Shown: positions 20,908 through 35,631 of the stretch, piece by piece
How positions within the stretch are numbered: the stretch's first letter is position 1
How the letters are laid out: each line of letters opens with the position of its first letter
Notes under the pieces: generated by a model
The model's input: the letters and a program-made list of their open reading frames with translations, nothing else
The model's database searches: none
What the model was told of the DNA's origin: nothing
Made by a program: the position numbers and the translations under genes
Source: Podarcis cretensis
Lineage: Eukaryota
Length of the DNA: 64,000 nucleotides
Reading direction: 5' to 3'
Assembly: GCA_951804945.1 (NCBI GenBank)
Contig: OX638156.1
Coordinates: forward strand, 35,464,001 to 35,528,000

Positions 20908-23900
20908 CAGCCTGATGGATGGACTCCGTTTCTCCTTCTCTGTCTCTTTCCCTCCCTCCCTCCAAGATTTGGCAACTGGGGAAGTGAAAGGTTTTCAGAG
21001 CTGTTTGAAAAGAGTTCTGTTCAGCTGCTGCAGACTGTAGCACAAGCCTTTCCTTCCATACCCTGGAGGAAAAAAACCAACAAGCCCATCTCCATGTGGG
21101 ATAGAAAAGAAACTCGGTAATGTACTGAGCTACAGTGTACTTTGAACTAGGCTGTGTCCCACACACCAACAAATGGGCATTTGCTGGTGGGGCTAGGAGG
21201 AGCGTCATCTTTCACCTTGACCGTCTGTCTCTGTCTTGTCCTGAAACATTCGTCTCTTGGGAAATGCTCCAGCTCATTCCTGGTTTGCTTTCTTCTTACC
21301 ACAGCTCAGTTTTTCAGTAGGAAATGCTATTCTGGATTCCAGACACGACTGCCTCCATCTCTTCGTGACAACGCTGGAGAACGCTCTGTCCCCTCTGACC
21401 ACAGACCAAACCAATGACTTTGGCTAGAAATCCCACCCAGACGTCTTGCCATTTGTGCTTTAAGTAGAAACAACTGTTTGCAGGCATTCAATTTTGTGTC
21501 TTTAATACAGTCTCTGGCAATCTGGTGCCTACCAGCTATTTTGGACTACAAGTCCCATCAGTCCCAGCTAGCCAACAAAGTGAGCTGTCGTCCCAAACAG
21601 CTGGTGGGCATTAGGTTAGCGAAGGCTGCTTTAAACAAAGAGACAAAGAAACCAGAAGCACACATTTTTCCACCTGGACTCTCAGGACTCCGCTAGCTGC
21701 TTATTATAAGTTACTTTGAGCAGTTGTGAGTTTCTTATTTCCCCCCAAGTTTTGGTGTACGGTATATTTAATGTTGTTTCTCCAACTGGATAACCAACAG
21801 AGAATGCAAAAAAGAAAAAAAAACCACACACACACAAAAAAACCCCTAACCCCAAATCTTCCAGTTCTGTAGAACAGCAAAGAAATCTGACGACGACTAT
21901 AGACAAGAATGGTGGAAACATCTGGTGTTTTTTCCCCAGGGTGAGCCCCATCTAGGCTGCAAACTTGTTTTGGTTTTATTCCACTTTATTGTCATGGCTT
22001 TTCCAAAGAATCCTGAGAATACTAGTTTGGTGAGGAGCTGGAGATTATACAAATTCAGAAGAACCTTGCTGAGCCAGGCCTGAGGTGTGGTCTTGGGAGT
22101 GGGGAACCTGTGGCCCTCTAGATGCTACTGACTACAACTCCCACCATCCCTGACGGATGGCCAGGCTGGCTGCAGGGGCTGATGGGATCTGCCATCAGCC
22201 AACAGGTCCCAAGTCCCTGGGCTACCTAGTTGGGAATTCATTTTCCAGTTGTGGGCAGCCCGGAGCCAATTAAGAAGCCCACAAGCAGGGCACAACTGTG
22301 GTGGTGGCCCTCCTCTCTTGCTGGCCCCTTGTAGCTAGTCCTGCCTGTGGACATGGGGGATTGATTTTATGCCTGTAAAGCTAATCACCAGTGACAGCTT
22401 GGCCCCTCCATGGATTCCCCCAGTCCTTAACTAAGGGGATGAAAGCTGGTGACCACCATTAGCAGATGCCTGGAGGGAATTATCCTCTGTGTGAAGAAGC
22501 CCTGCTTTCTTTCCCCTCTGCTAAAATCACTGTCACTTTTATTGGATGACCCTCTAGTTTTAGTGCAGGGAATTATCTGTTGCCGATGCCAAGGCCCATC
22601 ATCACCAAAATTGATAGATGTCAACTACGATTCCCAGGGGTTCCCTGGAAAACAGGAAATGGCTGTGAAACCTGTTGTAATCTGCTCTTTGGATCTGTGC
22701 TTATCAAACCATTTCTTCTTAGCCAGGCCTGATGTAATCTGCCCACAGTGTGCCAAAGCAGCTACACTTCGATCCTTGAAAACAAACAAACACACCAATT
22801 TAATTCGCATTGTGCCAAGATTGCTTGATGCAAAGTCAAGCACCTTTGTATAGGGGAGCCTCGCACCAACATGGGATGGCTGCTCTGCAAGTCATCCCAG
22901 CAACTTTGTCAGTGCAGGGGTGGATTTGGGGCTCTCAAATTTCAGTGGCACCCTGTGCAATGCTAAAATTTGGCACACCCCCCCCCCCGCCTCTTGCACT
23001 CATTTCTATGGTACTGTTGTGGCATCCCTTGAAGTGCAGTGTCCAGGGCGACTGCACTGCTTTTCAGTGCATGAGAGGCCACAGAGGCCAAAGCCTCTCA
23101 GACAGGAGCTGAAATTGGTTGGAGAGGGGAAAACTCCATGTAGAAACTCACTCCAACTAGCCAGCAAAAGCTCAAGGTGGTTCATCCTCCTTTATGGATG
23201 CTGTTGGATTTAGGGGGTGGGCTGTGGTTGTTTTTAATGGGGCTGTAAATTATGAATTTTGTCATTACTTAGCATCACTGCCTTATTGTGTCTTATCAAC
23301 GAGACTTACTTTTTTTAATCCCTTAAAAATGTCTTCTACAAAATCAAAATGTGAGAATCATCAATTTGGTTCAGTTACTTGAACCTGACCTTTCCTTTCT
23401 CAGAGCAATATTTTGGCCTCACAACAACCCTGTGAGGTAGGTTAAGCTGTGACACACCCAAGGCCTCCAAGTATCCTTCATTGCTGAGCAAGGATTTGAA
23501 TGTGATATGCACCAGGAATATGTGCATGATCAATGCATGTAGCAGGGGGAGCTAGACTAAAAAAACCAGGCACAGTTCTTGTGTGTAGGAAGCCAGACGT
23601 GTTCACCAACTGGAATTTCAAAAAACTTGCCTCATTCTGAGTTGGAGTTCTGACCCCAAACCCATCTGGTGTGCTGTAGGGTAGTCATCTCACCCACAGT
23701 ATAATAAGGGCAAGGCATATCCTAGATTCTCTTTTCCATTATTTCTTTCTTGCCCCTAGGGTTAATCAAATTGCCAGATTCCTGCCTTGGTCTTTCCAGA
23801 CAGAAAGGTGGGAGAAGTGGTGGACAATTTTCGGCAATTAATAAGTTTTTCATGGCTGAAAGTGGACAGATCTGTGCATGTGGCAATGCTGTGGAAGGTG

Positions 23901-26900
23901 ATAAGGGAGGAGCAGGAGGAAGATTCCCTTGTTGTGCTTCAGTATTAAGCCCTCTGCATGTTGCTCCAGGAAGCCTTGCATCCACGCTGGGAGAAGAGAT
24001 GGGCTTCTGATTGCTCATTCAAAATGCCAAGTTGGCTTGGTCTGAGGTTTAATTCCTCCTCTGCTGAGCTCAATAACTGGCCTATCAGGGGAGTTCGGTT
24101 CCACGGTTGGCCTGGTTCACACATAACACTAAGCCACAATTTATTAAACTATACATTATTAACCATGGTTTTTGCTTGACCATCCTAATCTTGCCAAGCA
24201 ACTTAATGATGGTCAACTACCAGCAAATCATGGGGGTTGGCTTACAAGCCTTGAATAGTTTTAACCATGGCTTTGGTGTTATGTGCATACTCAGGACCCG
24301 TCCTTAATCATGGTTTGCTTTGCCCCATCACTCAGACATGTGGCAAGTTACATGTGGCAAGTGGCAAGTTACAAAGGTGTGAGGCAAGAGCGGGTGGAAA
24401 ACATACTAAACTTTGAAGAAACAAACAAAGGATTAGTGTTTTATGTGCAAACTAGCCGGGAGGGAGGGAGAAGGGCTTGTATGCATAGTGATTACCAGAC
24501 AGAGCTGTGACTACAGGTTGGGATGCCACTGTCTTCCCTGACCCTGCTCCTGTGCATGTAACAATAACCCTGCCCACACTCCGCGTTCCCAAATTAATAA
24601 GGGATGTATTATTTCTTGGCACACTGATAAAGCCATGGAATCCATTCCACTTGCTAAATGTCTGCATGTCAGGCTCAAGGCACAGGAGACAAGGAAGAAG
24701 AAAGGAAGAAAAAGGAGTCAGTCAGACTCAGATCTCTGCTTCAGATTTTTCTTCAGTCACAAAACTCTGTGTCTGGCCTGAACAAGACACTAGCAGCTAG
24801 CTCACTATCCTTCCCCTCAACATCTAATTGGTTGCCTAGGGATAATACTGGCCTTTTAGTGGAGGATAAATCAGGAATCCCCATGTTGAGACTGTGTGCA
24901 TCACTTAATGCCCGTTTGTCAGAGGAAAGAGAGAGAGGCTGTTCTGCTCATACCCTTCTTTGGGGCTTCTTTGGGGCCTTTTGCTGGCTCACAGTGAGAG
25001 TTAGGCTGCTGGCCTGGATGGACACACCCTGGAACCATCCAGCAAGGCTCTTCAAGCCCACTTTGCAGGGTTGCTGTAAGGACTGTGGAGATAACAAGTC
25101 TGACAAAGTGCTTTGGTCTCTCTAAAGCATGGTATCAATGCTAGGTAGTGTTCCTAGAGATGATGTATCCATGATGACATGACCGCCTCCTTTTTTGCAT
25201 TGCTGTGTTTTTCCTGCTTCCAGGCCCTCCTCAGTCCCCCTCATCTCTGCCTTCACTGAGCTCAGGAAGGGCCTGCTCATCTGCAGGTGGAGAAGTCTAG
25301 TTGCTTCAGTTTCTGTCATAGTGTTAATGTGCCTCTTCAAAATTGTGTCTCTTCTCATCGGTGACTAAGTCAGCGCCTGCTCTAAAGCTTCCAACATCCA
25401 CGCAAAGCCACTTGCAACCAGCCCCTCCCATCGACTTCCACACAAGGTGCCGGCAGATGGCATCCCGCACCATCCTGGTGCTTTCCAGAGGTTTTGGACT
25501 ACAATTTCCATCATGCTGGCTGTAGAGTGCTGAGGATGCTGGGGACGCAGCTGGGCTGACAGGGGCTAATGGGAGTTGTTGTCCAGAACCACCTAATTAA
25601 CAGCTACTCACAACGTGTTGCAAAACAGAGGAAAGGCCTAACTCCCCTCAGTTCTTGCCAAAACAATGGCCGAGAGCAGATTGTCTGCCTTGTTAGACAC
25701 AGAAAGGTTGTTACCTGTGATAACAGTTTTGAGCAATAAACCATGTTTTTAAATGTACAGTGACAGGAACATCTCCTTTGAGTGTAAAGAGATCGATATT
25801 TCGAAAGGTCGCTGATCCTCAGTCTGGCCTTGTGAAAAACATGATATATTGGGGTTTGGGGTTTTTTGCATGGGGAGATGGGAGCTTTCTTAGCCAGATT
25901 TCGAAGGGTTCATTTTCTGAAATGGCAGATTCATGGGATGAGACTTTCCCAAAATAAGCACACAGTAACACCTTGTACAGGAGTTCTTCGGATCGTACAG
26001 TTTGAGTTAGCAAGTAGCAAGGGAGGCTTCCTGCAGTAAAACAAAAACAACTCCCTGCACATAGAAATGTAGCTTTTCAGGGCTAGCCTAGAACTTCGCT
26101 CTCTGATATGTTCACTTCCCACAGAGGCACAATTTTTGAGATGGGGAAGCATTTCAAACATACCCATAATCTGAACTCCATCCCGAGTGATTTATCTCCC
26201 CATGTAAGACATTCCCCACAGGTTTGATATTGCTCTAGTTATTAGGATACTACAGTTTGCTCCCATGATACTCAGCTGTTTCTCAGGCCCCACCCGCAGA
26301 GGGAGTGAAAGTAGTTTGGGACTGTGGTTTGATTTAGCACTCCATATTTGGCTGCCAAAGGAAAGCCTCCTTCCAGCTGGACTCCTGAGCAAGCAGTGGA
26401 CATTCAACCAAATTTGGCTACTTCTCTGTGCTCTATTTGTGGTACCGAGTTTCCACTGGTGTGTGTGCCCCTTGTGTTCCAAGGGCTGCACAGCGACTTC
26501 CCCGATCACATCCTTTCATGGCCATTGCCAGGTGTTGGTTGGGTCAGACAGAGGCCAGTAGAGGGCCCGCCAACAGCCATCTTAATTTCCTGCTTGTCTG
26601 CCAAAAAGGCTGCGAGCAGGGCTACAAAGCAAGAGCTCACCTCTCACTTCCTCTACACCCCAAAGGGGAGCTGGAGAAAGGGGCACAGGGTTGTGACTTC
26701 ACTCAGAGGCCCCAGAAGCTAGGAGTAGCACAAAAGAGACAAGACGCTGTCTCTGATCTTCCCAGTACCATGGCTTCCCCCCACCTCTTTTAGGACATAC
26801 TGTGGAAGGGGGAGGGCAGGATCTCCCATGGCTCATTGGGAACAGGTGAAGGCAGGAGGGGGAGAAAATAAAGAGTGGCAAGGGGGATGCTGAGGCAAAC

Positions 26901-27027
26901 CTGTGGTCCTCCAGGTGTCATTGGGCTACATCACCCATCAACCCCAGACAGCATGGCCAATGGTTAAGAATGATGGCATCTGGTCCTGCAACATCTGGTG
27001 GTCAAAGGTTAGCCACAGCAGCTAGGG

Positions 27028-27163
27028 CAGTGATGGCCAAACTTGGCCCTCCAGCTGTTTTGGGACTACAACTCCCAACATCCCTAGCTAACAGGACCAG
27101 TGGTCAGGGATGATGGGAACTGTAGTCCCAAAACAGCTGGAGGGCCAAGTTTGGCCATCACTG
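27028..27163. mobile_element. Palindromic hAT MITE
   Basis: Long TIRs cagtgatggccaaacttggccctccagctgtttt; TSD agctaggg / agctagtg. Confidence 0.88.
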
Positions 27164-30100
27164 AGCTAGTGGGTCCACTGATGGGTCTTACTTCCAGACC
27201 TCCTAGAGTATGCCCTCCATATTACAGTGTTTCCGTCCCCCTGGACAGCATAGTATGGCTTGGGAAGTCCCAATCTGGCACATCATCCACCACATGCCTT
27301 TTGGACTTCTTGTCAGGACTTCTGCACAGGTCTGACACACCTTAAAGCAGTACAGCTTCCCCTCCCACAACTAGAACCTAAAGTGGGAAAATGGATGTCG
27401 AGACTCACCTACCCTTTCCACGTTCAGCATCCAAATTGGCATCCTGCGAGTGGTAAAGTGTTGGGGTGTGCATATTATCCCCTGTAATTGCAGCCTTTTA
27501 AAATGTGCGGCAATAAATGCCATTAGCGAGAGAAGAAACAAACACAGGCTGAAAGCAATTCCACGCTTCAGAGAGATGACTGTCAAGCGATCAAAAAGCA
27601 CCCTCAGAGATCTTTAAAGCAGAGACGCAATCAGAACATGCTGTAGGATACAACAGAGCTGGCTGTATGTGGGGAGATTTCAGGAGGACAGAGATAAAAT
27701 GCATTAAAATGAGATCCAAGGTGGTACTGCATTATTTGAGAAGAGTATGGACTGAACCACAGGAATGGTTTGTAAGGGATCATGGCAGAGGACTTGCACC
27801 ATACGTGGAATGTCCCAGGTTCAGTCTCCAAGTAGAGTCTAAAGACCCCTGCCTCAAACCCTTGGGATCCGCTGTCGATTGTTGTTCGAATAAGGGTCTA
27901 TGTACCAGATTGACTACAACATAACACTCCATGGAAAATGGTAATCTCTCTCCGCTGCCCCGCATTTGTTTCCAACAATTGCCAAGCTCCAGTTCAGAAT
28001 GGACATCCAATTAAATGTCTTGGCAGGTGGAAAATCCAGATTTCAGCTGTGAGTGATTTTCTGTCCCAGTTCCAGCTGTAGTGCAAATTACATCATTAGA
28101 ATTCGCCGCCTACTTCCAGCTTTAGGAGTGCATGTGAATGCAATGAAGGAGTGAACTCGCACAATACGGGGACTTCATTTGCAAGCTGGTGCCTCATTTA
28201 CTGCTTTTAACCATCGGTTTGCAATAACTCAAAGATGCAAAGCTCAATTTTCCTGCCCAGAGAGCTGTGCTGACATGAAAGATAGACACCTCTTGTTAAC
28301 CTGTGTAGGGCCCAGTGGTGGCCAAAATGCACTTAGGATGTACACAGGGGCATTCAGTATTGCAGGTGTTCTGTGGTTCTACTCTGGCACTCATATGTGG
28401 GGACCCAAATGCTTAATTATTGTTATTATTTTATTATTTATATGACGCCCATTTGACTAGGTTGCCCCAACCACTCTGGGCAACTCCCAGCAAAATATAC
28501 TTAAGAGTACCCACACACCAAGAGTGGGCCCTGATGCACTCTCAATTGATTCAGGCTTTATGCAATTGATTCCAAAAGGACTCAAGAAGATGCTTTGCCA
28601 TACAGCACAGTAATAGCTTCACAGACTGTTTGCAGGGAGCGGGGGGGGGGGGGGGGAGAGAGACTAATTTCTAGCAATTAGACTGTGACAGTTGCCCTAG
28701 AAATATCCCAAGGTGTTTGAAAACACACACAGTCCTCCTTAGAAGCTTTTTGTCAGAGGATGACTGAAGTTCAGCACCTCTGCCTTTGTTCCTTAAAAGG
28801 ACAATTGACTTCCAGGTCTCCTCCTGCACAAGGCACTACTTGCAAAACTGTCACAGCAGTGGCAGTTTTGGGCAGAGCAACAAACTACTCTCTTTCACAC
28901 TCCCTCATTGCAATTATTTTTTCCTGCTCCTTCATCCTGTACTTTAAAAAGTCACATTACCTTTTGATATTGGAGGTAGAAAAGTCAAAACACCTTCTCT
29001 GTCTCCCCCCTTCCTCATTATGAAGGGGCATTACTTGCAAAGCTATAGTGGCTATTAGCTACCATATTAGCTATTAGCTGTCCAGCACTTTTAAAAAACA
29101 AGCTTCAGAGTTGCTCAGTGATACAAAAGGCCAGCACACCGCACACACCTACAAAGTGTCCCATGAGTTGAACCTGAAACAAAATCTTGCAGGAGGTGCT
29201 TGTCTTCAGCGTTCAAGCCAGTCTGGAACAGTGATCTTGTTCAGGCCGAGGTGCGTGGGAGGGCATGAGTCTTGGGGATTGACAACTTTAGAAGCAGGGA
29301 AGGCAAAAGGGACATTTCCCCCCTTATACCTCCCATTCCCTGGTGACGATTTACCCTTCACTCGAAACCTGTACTTGCTGGAGAGAGGTGAGTCTCATCC
29401 AAAGCTCCCTGAAGCTCTGAAAAGGATGAAAACATGCATTTCTCCTACTCCAAAGCTTCCTGTATGACAGAAAAGATCCCATCTCTTCCTCTTGCTCCTT
29501 AGCAAGCAGAGAGGGGTACAGGGAGAGGTGGGATCTTGCCTCGAAGACCGGAGTAGCAGGAACACATGCGGTTTCTTTTTTTAGCTAAAATTATTGCACA
29601 AGTGAGAGTCTGCCTGAGAGTGGTGGCGGCATTCTCTTTCTGGGGGCAGCAAGCAGTCACACTGGTGTGGTAGTGAGCAGATAACTGATGCTTGCCTCCA
29701 AATGTACAGAAATCACTACCTTATTTTTGGGAGGCTCTGTTTTGCTTCCAAATTGATATGTGATAAACCACACAGGTTCCCTCTTTAAGGGAATGATGCA
29801 GCACTGAAGGACGTTGATTTGTTCTGAGCCCATCTGTAAGACCCATTTCACAGACAGGAAGAATAATACCTCTCATTCACCCCTAAAGGTCCTCTCCATC
29901 TCTCACTACTTGAGGTCTTGGCAACTGAATGTGTAAGCTGCCACGATTACAAAACTCTTGTGTGTAATGTGAAATGAATGCTTTGCCTGTAACCCTTCAT
30001 GTCTTAATTCACCTCCAGACTTCTAAAAACGGTACAGAAACATATAACTGAGCTGCACATGCAAACCAGTCAATCACCCACTGGGAGGCAGGGAGGAAGA

Positions 30101-30379
30101 AAGAGAACACACTGCAAGATATTTCAAAGGCACAAGCATTTATAAATATTGCCACAGCATACAGTATCAAACTGCTTGGTGAAACATCAAAATGCCAAAA
30201 ATATATAAAACATTTGGTAGAGGACAAGTTCAAGATGAACAAAAAATTCTAACAAAAACAAATTATAAACTGGCCTTAACTTAAAAACTGAAATTAATAA
30301 TAATAATAATAATAATGAAGCTGACAATCAACTTTGAAGCGCAGATAAAAGACAACTTAATTTCAATGGTGAGACACTT

Positions 30380-30512
30380 CTAGCTTGGGATAGGGCTGCG
30401 CCTGAAGCGATCAGGGACACTCTCAAAACGACGGAGGTTGCGATTGTTCCTATCGACCCACTGGTCAAGGGAACATCTGTGGGCTGTATTCTTAGCTCGC
30501 TGTGCATAGTTC
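30380..30512 (-). CDS. S100PBP: S100PBP last coding exon
   Basis: (R)NYAQRAKNTAHRCSLDQWVDRNNRNLRRFESVPDRFRRSPIPS*; resembles mammalian RNYARR..YSLTQWVDRN..RFQ..PD; acceptor cctgcag. Confidence 0.9.
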
Positions 30513-30865
30513 CTGCAGGTTAGGGGTAGAACAACAATAAGTATAAATCAATGTAAAGCAAGTGCAAATGCAAAGGAGGCACCCCATCCCACCCACCCTG
30601 AATCCCATCTGTCCTTTGGAAGATTTTCTTCTACTACACTTTGCTGAATCAGTCAGTATGTAGACCAGCACTGTTTCCGACAGAGGTAAGCCAGGGGCAT
30701 CTGGGAAGCCCCCAACCAGGACACAAAAGCAATAGTCCTCCCCTGTTTCATACACCTACGACTGTGGTTGCAAATTACCATTCTGCATTTCTCTCCTATT
30801 TCAATGCTGTTTGACCCCAATGTTTGCTATTCCCACCCCCCAAACAGGTAACTGTGACTTAATGC

Positions 30866-30935
30866 ATCTGAAGAGGACTCTAGTGCACAAAAGCTTCTAA
30901 CAATTGCATCAGTCTTTAAAGTGCCACAAGACTCT
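30866..30935 (+). mobile_element. Degenerate Penelope terminal fragment
   Basis: CTGAAGA...cacaaaagctt...agtctttaaagtgccacaagactc. Confidence 0.5.
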
Positions 30936-31056
30936 TCGTTCAGCAGCTTTTTTACCTTATTGAAAACAGTTTTAAGCAAGTTATTCTGTTTCTTAAGGAG
31001 GTAAACCTGCCTCTGGGGTTCTGCTGCCCTTGCCTTCATGAAGAGTGACACAGTAC

Positions 31057-31153
31057 CTTACAGTCAGGTCTGTTGGGTGCGCAAATCTGGGTTCCCCGTA
31101 GCGGTTTTCAGCAGTCACGGTCCACATCAGCTGCTGCAACTCATTGACTTCAT
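31057..31153 (-). CDS. S100PBP: S100PBP coding exon
   Basis: (D)EVNELQQLMWTVTAENRYGEPRFAHPTDLTV(R), cf. mammalian ELCALM..WQHPSDLTTR; acceptor atttcag, donor AAG|gtactg; phases 1/2 fit neighbours. Confidence 0.9.
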
Positions 31154-33805
31154 CTGAAATTTGGCAGAGCAAGGCAATGCAACCCAGTGTGTTTGCATCA
31201 GGTACCACAGGGGTAGGTAATGCAATGCCCTCTAGATGTTGTTGGAATTCTGTTCCTATTAGCTCCAGCCACTATGGCCAATGGCTAGGGATGATGGAAG
31301 CTGCTGTAGAGGGTACCACATAGGCCACCCCTGAGGTTCAATAAAGTTAAAAGATGCATCTTTGGCACTAGCCACATTCTAGGTCAGCTTTCCCCAACTG
31401 GGTGCCCTCTGGCTCTCAACTCCAGACAGCTGAACCATGTATGGCTGAGGCTACTGGGTGCTGGTAGTCCAAAACACGTGGAGGACACCAGACTGGGGAA
31501 CACTATGCTAGGCAGTATTACACAGAGGAAATCAAATATGTAAAGATCCTATGGTGATGGTCTAAACATGCATGTTGAGATTTGGGGAAGAAATGGCTAC
31601 TGTGGAAGCACAAATTAAGTTTCCTATGAAATACTGAAACAAACTGTTATTTAGAATGGATCTTCCAAATAAGGATGAGTCATACCAACTCAGGATAAGG
31701 GAGGCCTCAGAAGTGTTCTGGACAGCAGGTTGTAGATGCACTGTTTGAAATGCCCCATTATGCTGCTAATGACCTGTAAAAGCTAATTTCCTGAGCGGAG
31801 AATTTCAGTCAGGGAAAGGCAGGAAGTAAGAAATCTTTCCACAAACCTATACCCTGCTCTTCCCTGGCTCACTGGAGCAAACAATATCTTCAACACCAGT
31901 GATGATTTAGTTGCCTAAAGGCTGTGCAGAAGCGGAGGGTGTCTAGTGTTACTTGCAAAGAGTTGCTAGCAACGGGAGTTTGCCTCCCCATCACAAGCTG
32001 GGATATTGAAATAGCTTCCAATGTTTACATTCACCAGCATTTAAAAAGCCCCATAACCGATTCAATGCACCCATGCATGAAGTAAGCCCTAACCTTTAAT
32101 GTACCCATGTTTTAAAAACCAAGTCAAGGCTCAACTGGAAGACTGGTGAGGTCACTGCCACCCCCCTACTGTCCCCAGAAGCCAGTGAAAGCTGCATGCC
32201 CAGGGTAACAACAACAGGTTAACAGGCCCAGTCAGCCACAGTCAAGTCATTCTCTGGCTGCATTCCGGCTGTGCTCTACTTCCTCCACTGTGTTCTGGCA
32301 CCACCTGCTGGCAAGAAGCAGGAATGACTTTGGCCTTGCATTGTGTTCTCACATATGTGGACACATACCATGGGAGAAGTGCAACATCTATGGTCATAAC
32401 CCAACCCGCACATACAAGAGGCAATCCTTTGTCCTTGCTTATTTTCCCAGGCTCTCTGCCAGGAGAGCCACACAGCAGCCTAAGTTCTGACTTGTAAGAG
32501 GGGCCTCTTTTAGGAGTTAAACCCATCACTCAGCTGTTTTCTGCCTGTCCTTACCAGGCAGTGGCACAAGAAAGGGTCCCCCCTCCTAGTTCCCTCTCCC
32601 ATTTAGCATTTACTGGTGCACTGTGCCACAGGGAAACTGCTCTCAAGCCATCTCCAGGCTCAAGTGCTTGGAGTGCCCCTGGACCTCCATGACAGATGCA
32701 GCCAGAAGATGGTTAAGGGTGCCTCAGGTGTTTGTTCTGCAGAGTGATCAAGGCAAAAATCACACACCAACATAAAGCCTACAGGAAAAATCAGAAGAAT
32801 GTGGGACTGTTATAGCAAAACTCAGAGCTACTTAAAGAGTCCCCTTTTTGAGCAGCAGCCAAGAGCCTTGATTCCTGCTCTGGCCTAGGATTGCCTCTCC
32901 TTCCCATGCCATACCACCAATTCTATGCCTAAAGCTACCCAAGATAATACATGTTTGTGCTAATAAACAAACAGCTTGTGCACATTACACGAAGCATTCA
33001 TGAGCAATTTTGGTGTGACGTGCCAGAACTCTGAATGTACACGTTGCATATTAATTTGAAAGGCACAGTGAAAAAAGAAAAATAGGATCCTAATTAGAGT
33101 TTTCCTTCTGCCCACGTGATTTGTCCTCAATCCATACACTGGAAGCAGCCCAGCATCTTGTTAGTATTGCATGTGCAGAGAGACAGACAGACAGACAGAC
33201 TGAATGAGTTTGGGCAAGAAGCAGCATAACTGGTCTTCCTGAAAAGGTCTCTTCATTTGCCCCCGAAGAAACCAATAAATAAACCACCATTGGAAGATAG
33301 GGGGCAGAGGGGGCTGCCTTCCTCTTTACAACTCCAGGGAGAGTGTCTCGAAGAATCTAAAGGCCAACTAGAACAACCTGTGTCCTTCCCTTGACCTCCA
33401 TCCTGCCCACCACTAATTTACAATGCAGTGCACACTGGCAGAAAGAACTGGCATCCAGCATCACAAAAGTGCTGCTGAACAAAATGGCCATATGATATTT
33501 TGGCAAGAAAGGCAAGTTGCCTGCCCCAGGAGAGTCAGGACACTGTAGCTAGAATTGGGGGGGACGGACTTATGGGATGTGGGTTCAAACCCTTGATCAG
33601 CCACAAAGACTTCTCAGACTTTCAGCTCGTTCTTAAGTAAAACTATCTCACAGAGTTTTTTGCAGTAATAAGATGAGTTAATCCCCTGAAAGCCAGGATA
33701 AGGGAAAGACATATAAATGCAATAAATAAATATGAGGGAAGGTCAGGTGAAAAACTCCTGTCTCATCCCAATTAGGTTGAGAGGCAGGTACAAAAGCAAA
33801 AATTA

Positions 33806-34385
33806 CTGTATTTTTTGCCCTATAGGACACACTTTTTCTCCTCCAAAAATGAAGGGGAAATCTGTGTGCGTCCTATGGGGTGAATGCAGGCTTTCACTGG
33901 AGCCTGGAGAGCAAGAGGGGTCGGTGCACACCAACCCCTCTCACTCTCCAGGCTTCAGGAAGCTATCGGCAAGCCTGCAGAGCCCGGCAGGAACTCCCGC
34001 GGGCTCCGAAGGCTTGTGGAAAGCTGCCTGCAGCCCGAAGCCCGGGGAGCGCGGCACTGTGCACCCCGGGCTTAGGGCAGCTATCCGCAAGCCTGCAACA
34101 CCCGGCGGGAGTTCCCACCAGGCACCGCGCTCCCCGGGCTTCGGATAGCAGCAAGCTCCAGGAGCGATGGCGAGGTTGAGCGCAACCTCGCCATCGCTCC
34201 CGGACCCCCAGCCCCGAGGCTAAAAACGAAGCCAAGACAGCGAGCGGGATCCATCCCGCTTGCTGTCATGGCTTCTTTGCTCTTTGGGGCTCAGGCGGGG
34301 GGGAAATAATTTTTTTCCTTTATTTCTCCCCCCCAAAATAAGTGCACCCTATGGGCCGGTGCGCCCTATAGGGCAAAAAATATGG
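33806..34385. mobile_element. Tc2/pogo-like non-autonomous transposon with CpG-rich interior
   Basis: TIRs ctgtattttttgccctatagg / cctatagggcaaaaaatatgg, flanking TA. Confidence 0.8.
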
Positions 34386-34542
34386 TAATTGCACAAAATT
34401 CCATGCCACCAGGTCTTCAGCTCCAGCAGAGAGAGAAGGGGGGGGGGGAACACTTTCTGAATCAACCCTTACCCAATGGCAACATTTTACGCCAGCAGAA
34501 AAAAGGAACCCCAGAAAAAGTTTGATTCCACCTCCAGCTTAC

Positions 34543-34652
34543 CTATGAGTTCAGCATTTTGAGCATGGGCAAGGACAGCATTGATGTATTTTTTCTTGCT
34601 GGACTCAAGTTTTGCCTCTTCAATGTATATCCGACTTCGGGGCCTTACAGGA
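34543..34652 (-). CDS. S100PBP: S100PBP coding exon
   Basis: PVRPRSRIYIEEAKLESSKKKYINAVLAHAQNAELI, cf. mammalian LEQQKQLYLRSVIAH; acceptor cctccag, donor TAG|gtaagc. Confidence 0.88.
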
Positions 34653-35631
34653 CTGGAGGATGGGGGAGAAAATGACAAAACTGCTAAGAATTGCAAAGCC
34701 ATCTGCTAGACAAATATGATGTGTTACTGAGAGAATTTAAGCACACTAACACTAGAGGGCATGATTTTAGAGGTTGTTCCTTACACCTTGCAATAACTAA
34801 GGGGTACTTTCAATCCATAATTTAGCATAAATATACTTTTAGCTATTGATTTTATTCATCTGGCTTTTCATAAACTTGTTTTTAACATTAAATTTTGTTT
34901 ACTATTTTAATGCATATCTTTTGGAGTCCATTTACAGGTTTAATTTACTGTTCAGCAGCACATACTTTTTAAATTGAACAAATGAAAAATTGTTCCAAGC
35001 TTGGGAGGGTATACTTTTTGAAAAATTAAATCTCCCACAATGGTTTTCACAAAAATTAAAAACCCCCATGTAAAGTTTGGTGAAAATCTGTTAAACAACA
35101 AAATTATGTGGGGAAGAGGCAATGCTTAGCTCATCTTCAAGAATAAAAAAATTATATCATAAATAAACTATTAAATAAGGCAGAATCAGTTTATACACAA
35201 GGCAGCATTACATGGATGCCATAATCTAAATAAGACACATTTCCACAACTCTCTCCATTTGCAAGATGTAAGGCATCATAAGACTGTAGGCATCATGTAC
35301 CACCAAGATCTCTTGAGAATATTAAATTCCTGGTTTTGAGGAAAGGTTTCTAGCCCTCATTACTGTCAAAGATCTCAGCAAGTGGGCAACACCTTCCATG
35401 GTTTGGAATTCCATGTTTCTGCAGGAAAACTGGAAACAGAGCATTGCAGCAGAAGGAAGAAGGGAGAAAGGTGGAAATGGAAGAATATAAACAGAACAAT
35501 CTGTGTGGTGAACAAGAAACAAGTTTGTCAAGCGGTTTCAGAACCACACTGGTTCTCCTGAAAACTTGGGACATATAAACAACACAAGAAACCCTTTCAG
35601 CAGTTAATTGTGTGCTTGCTACTATCTAGTG

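Noticed and set aside
27028-27163. CRISPR-like or pre-miRNA reading of palindromic repeats
   Set aside because: Dispersed, TSD-flanked hAT MITEs in a vertebrate genome; no repeat-spacer array
20908-30379. Additional gene or defined poly(A) sites between FNDC5 and S100PBP
   Set aside because: Only short ORFs without recognisable homology; several AATAAA hexamers but none assignable
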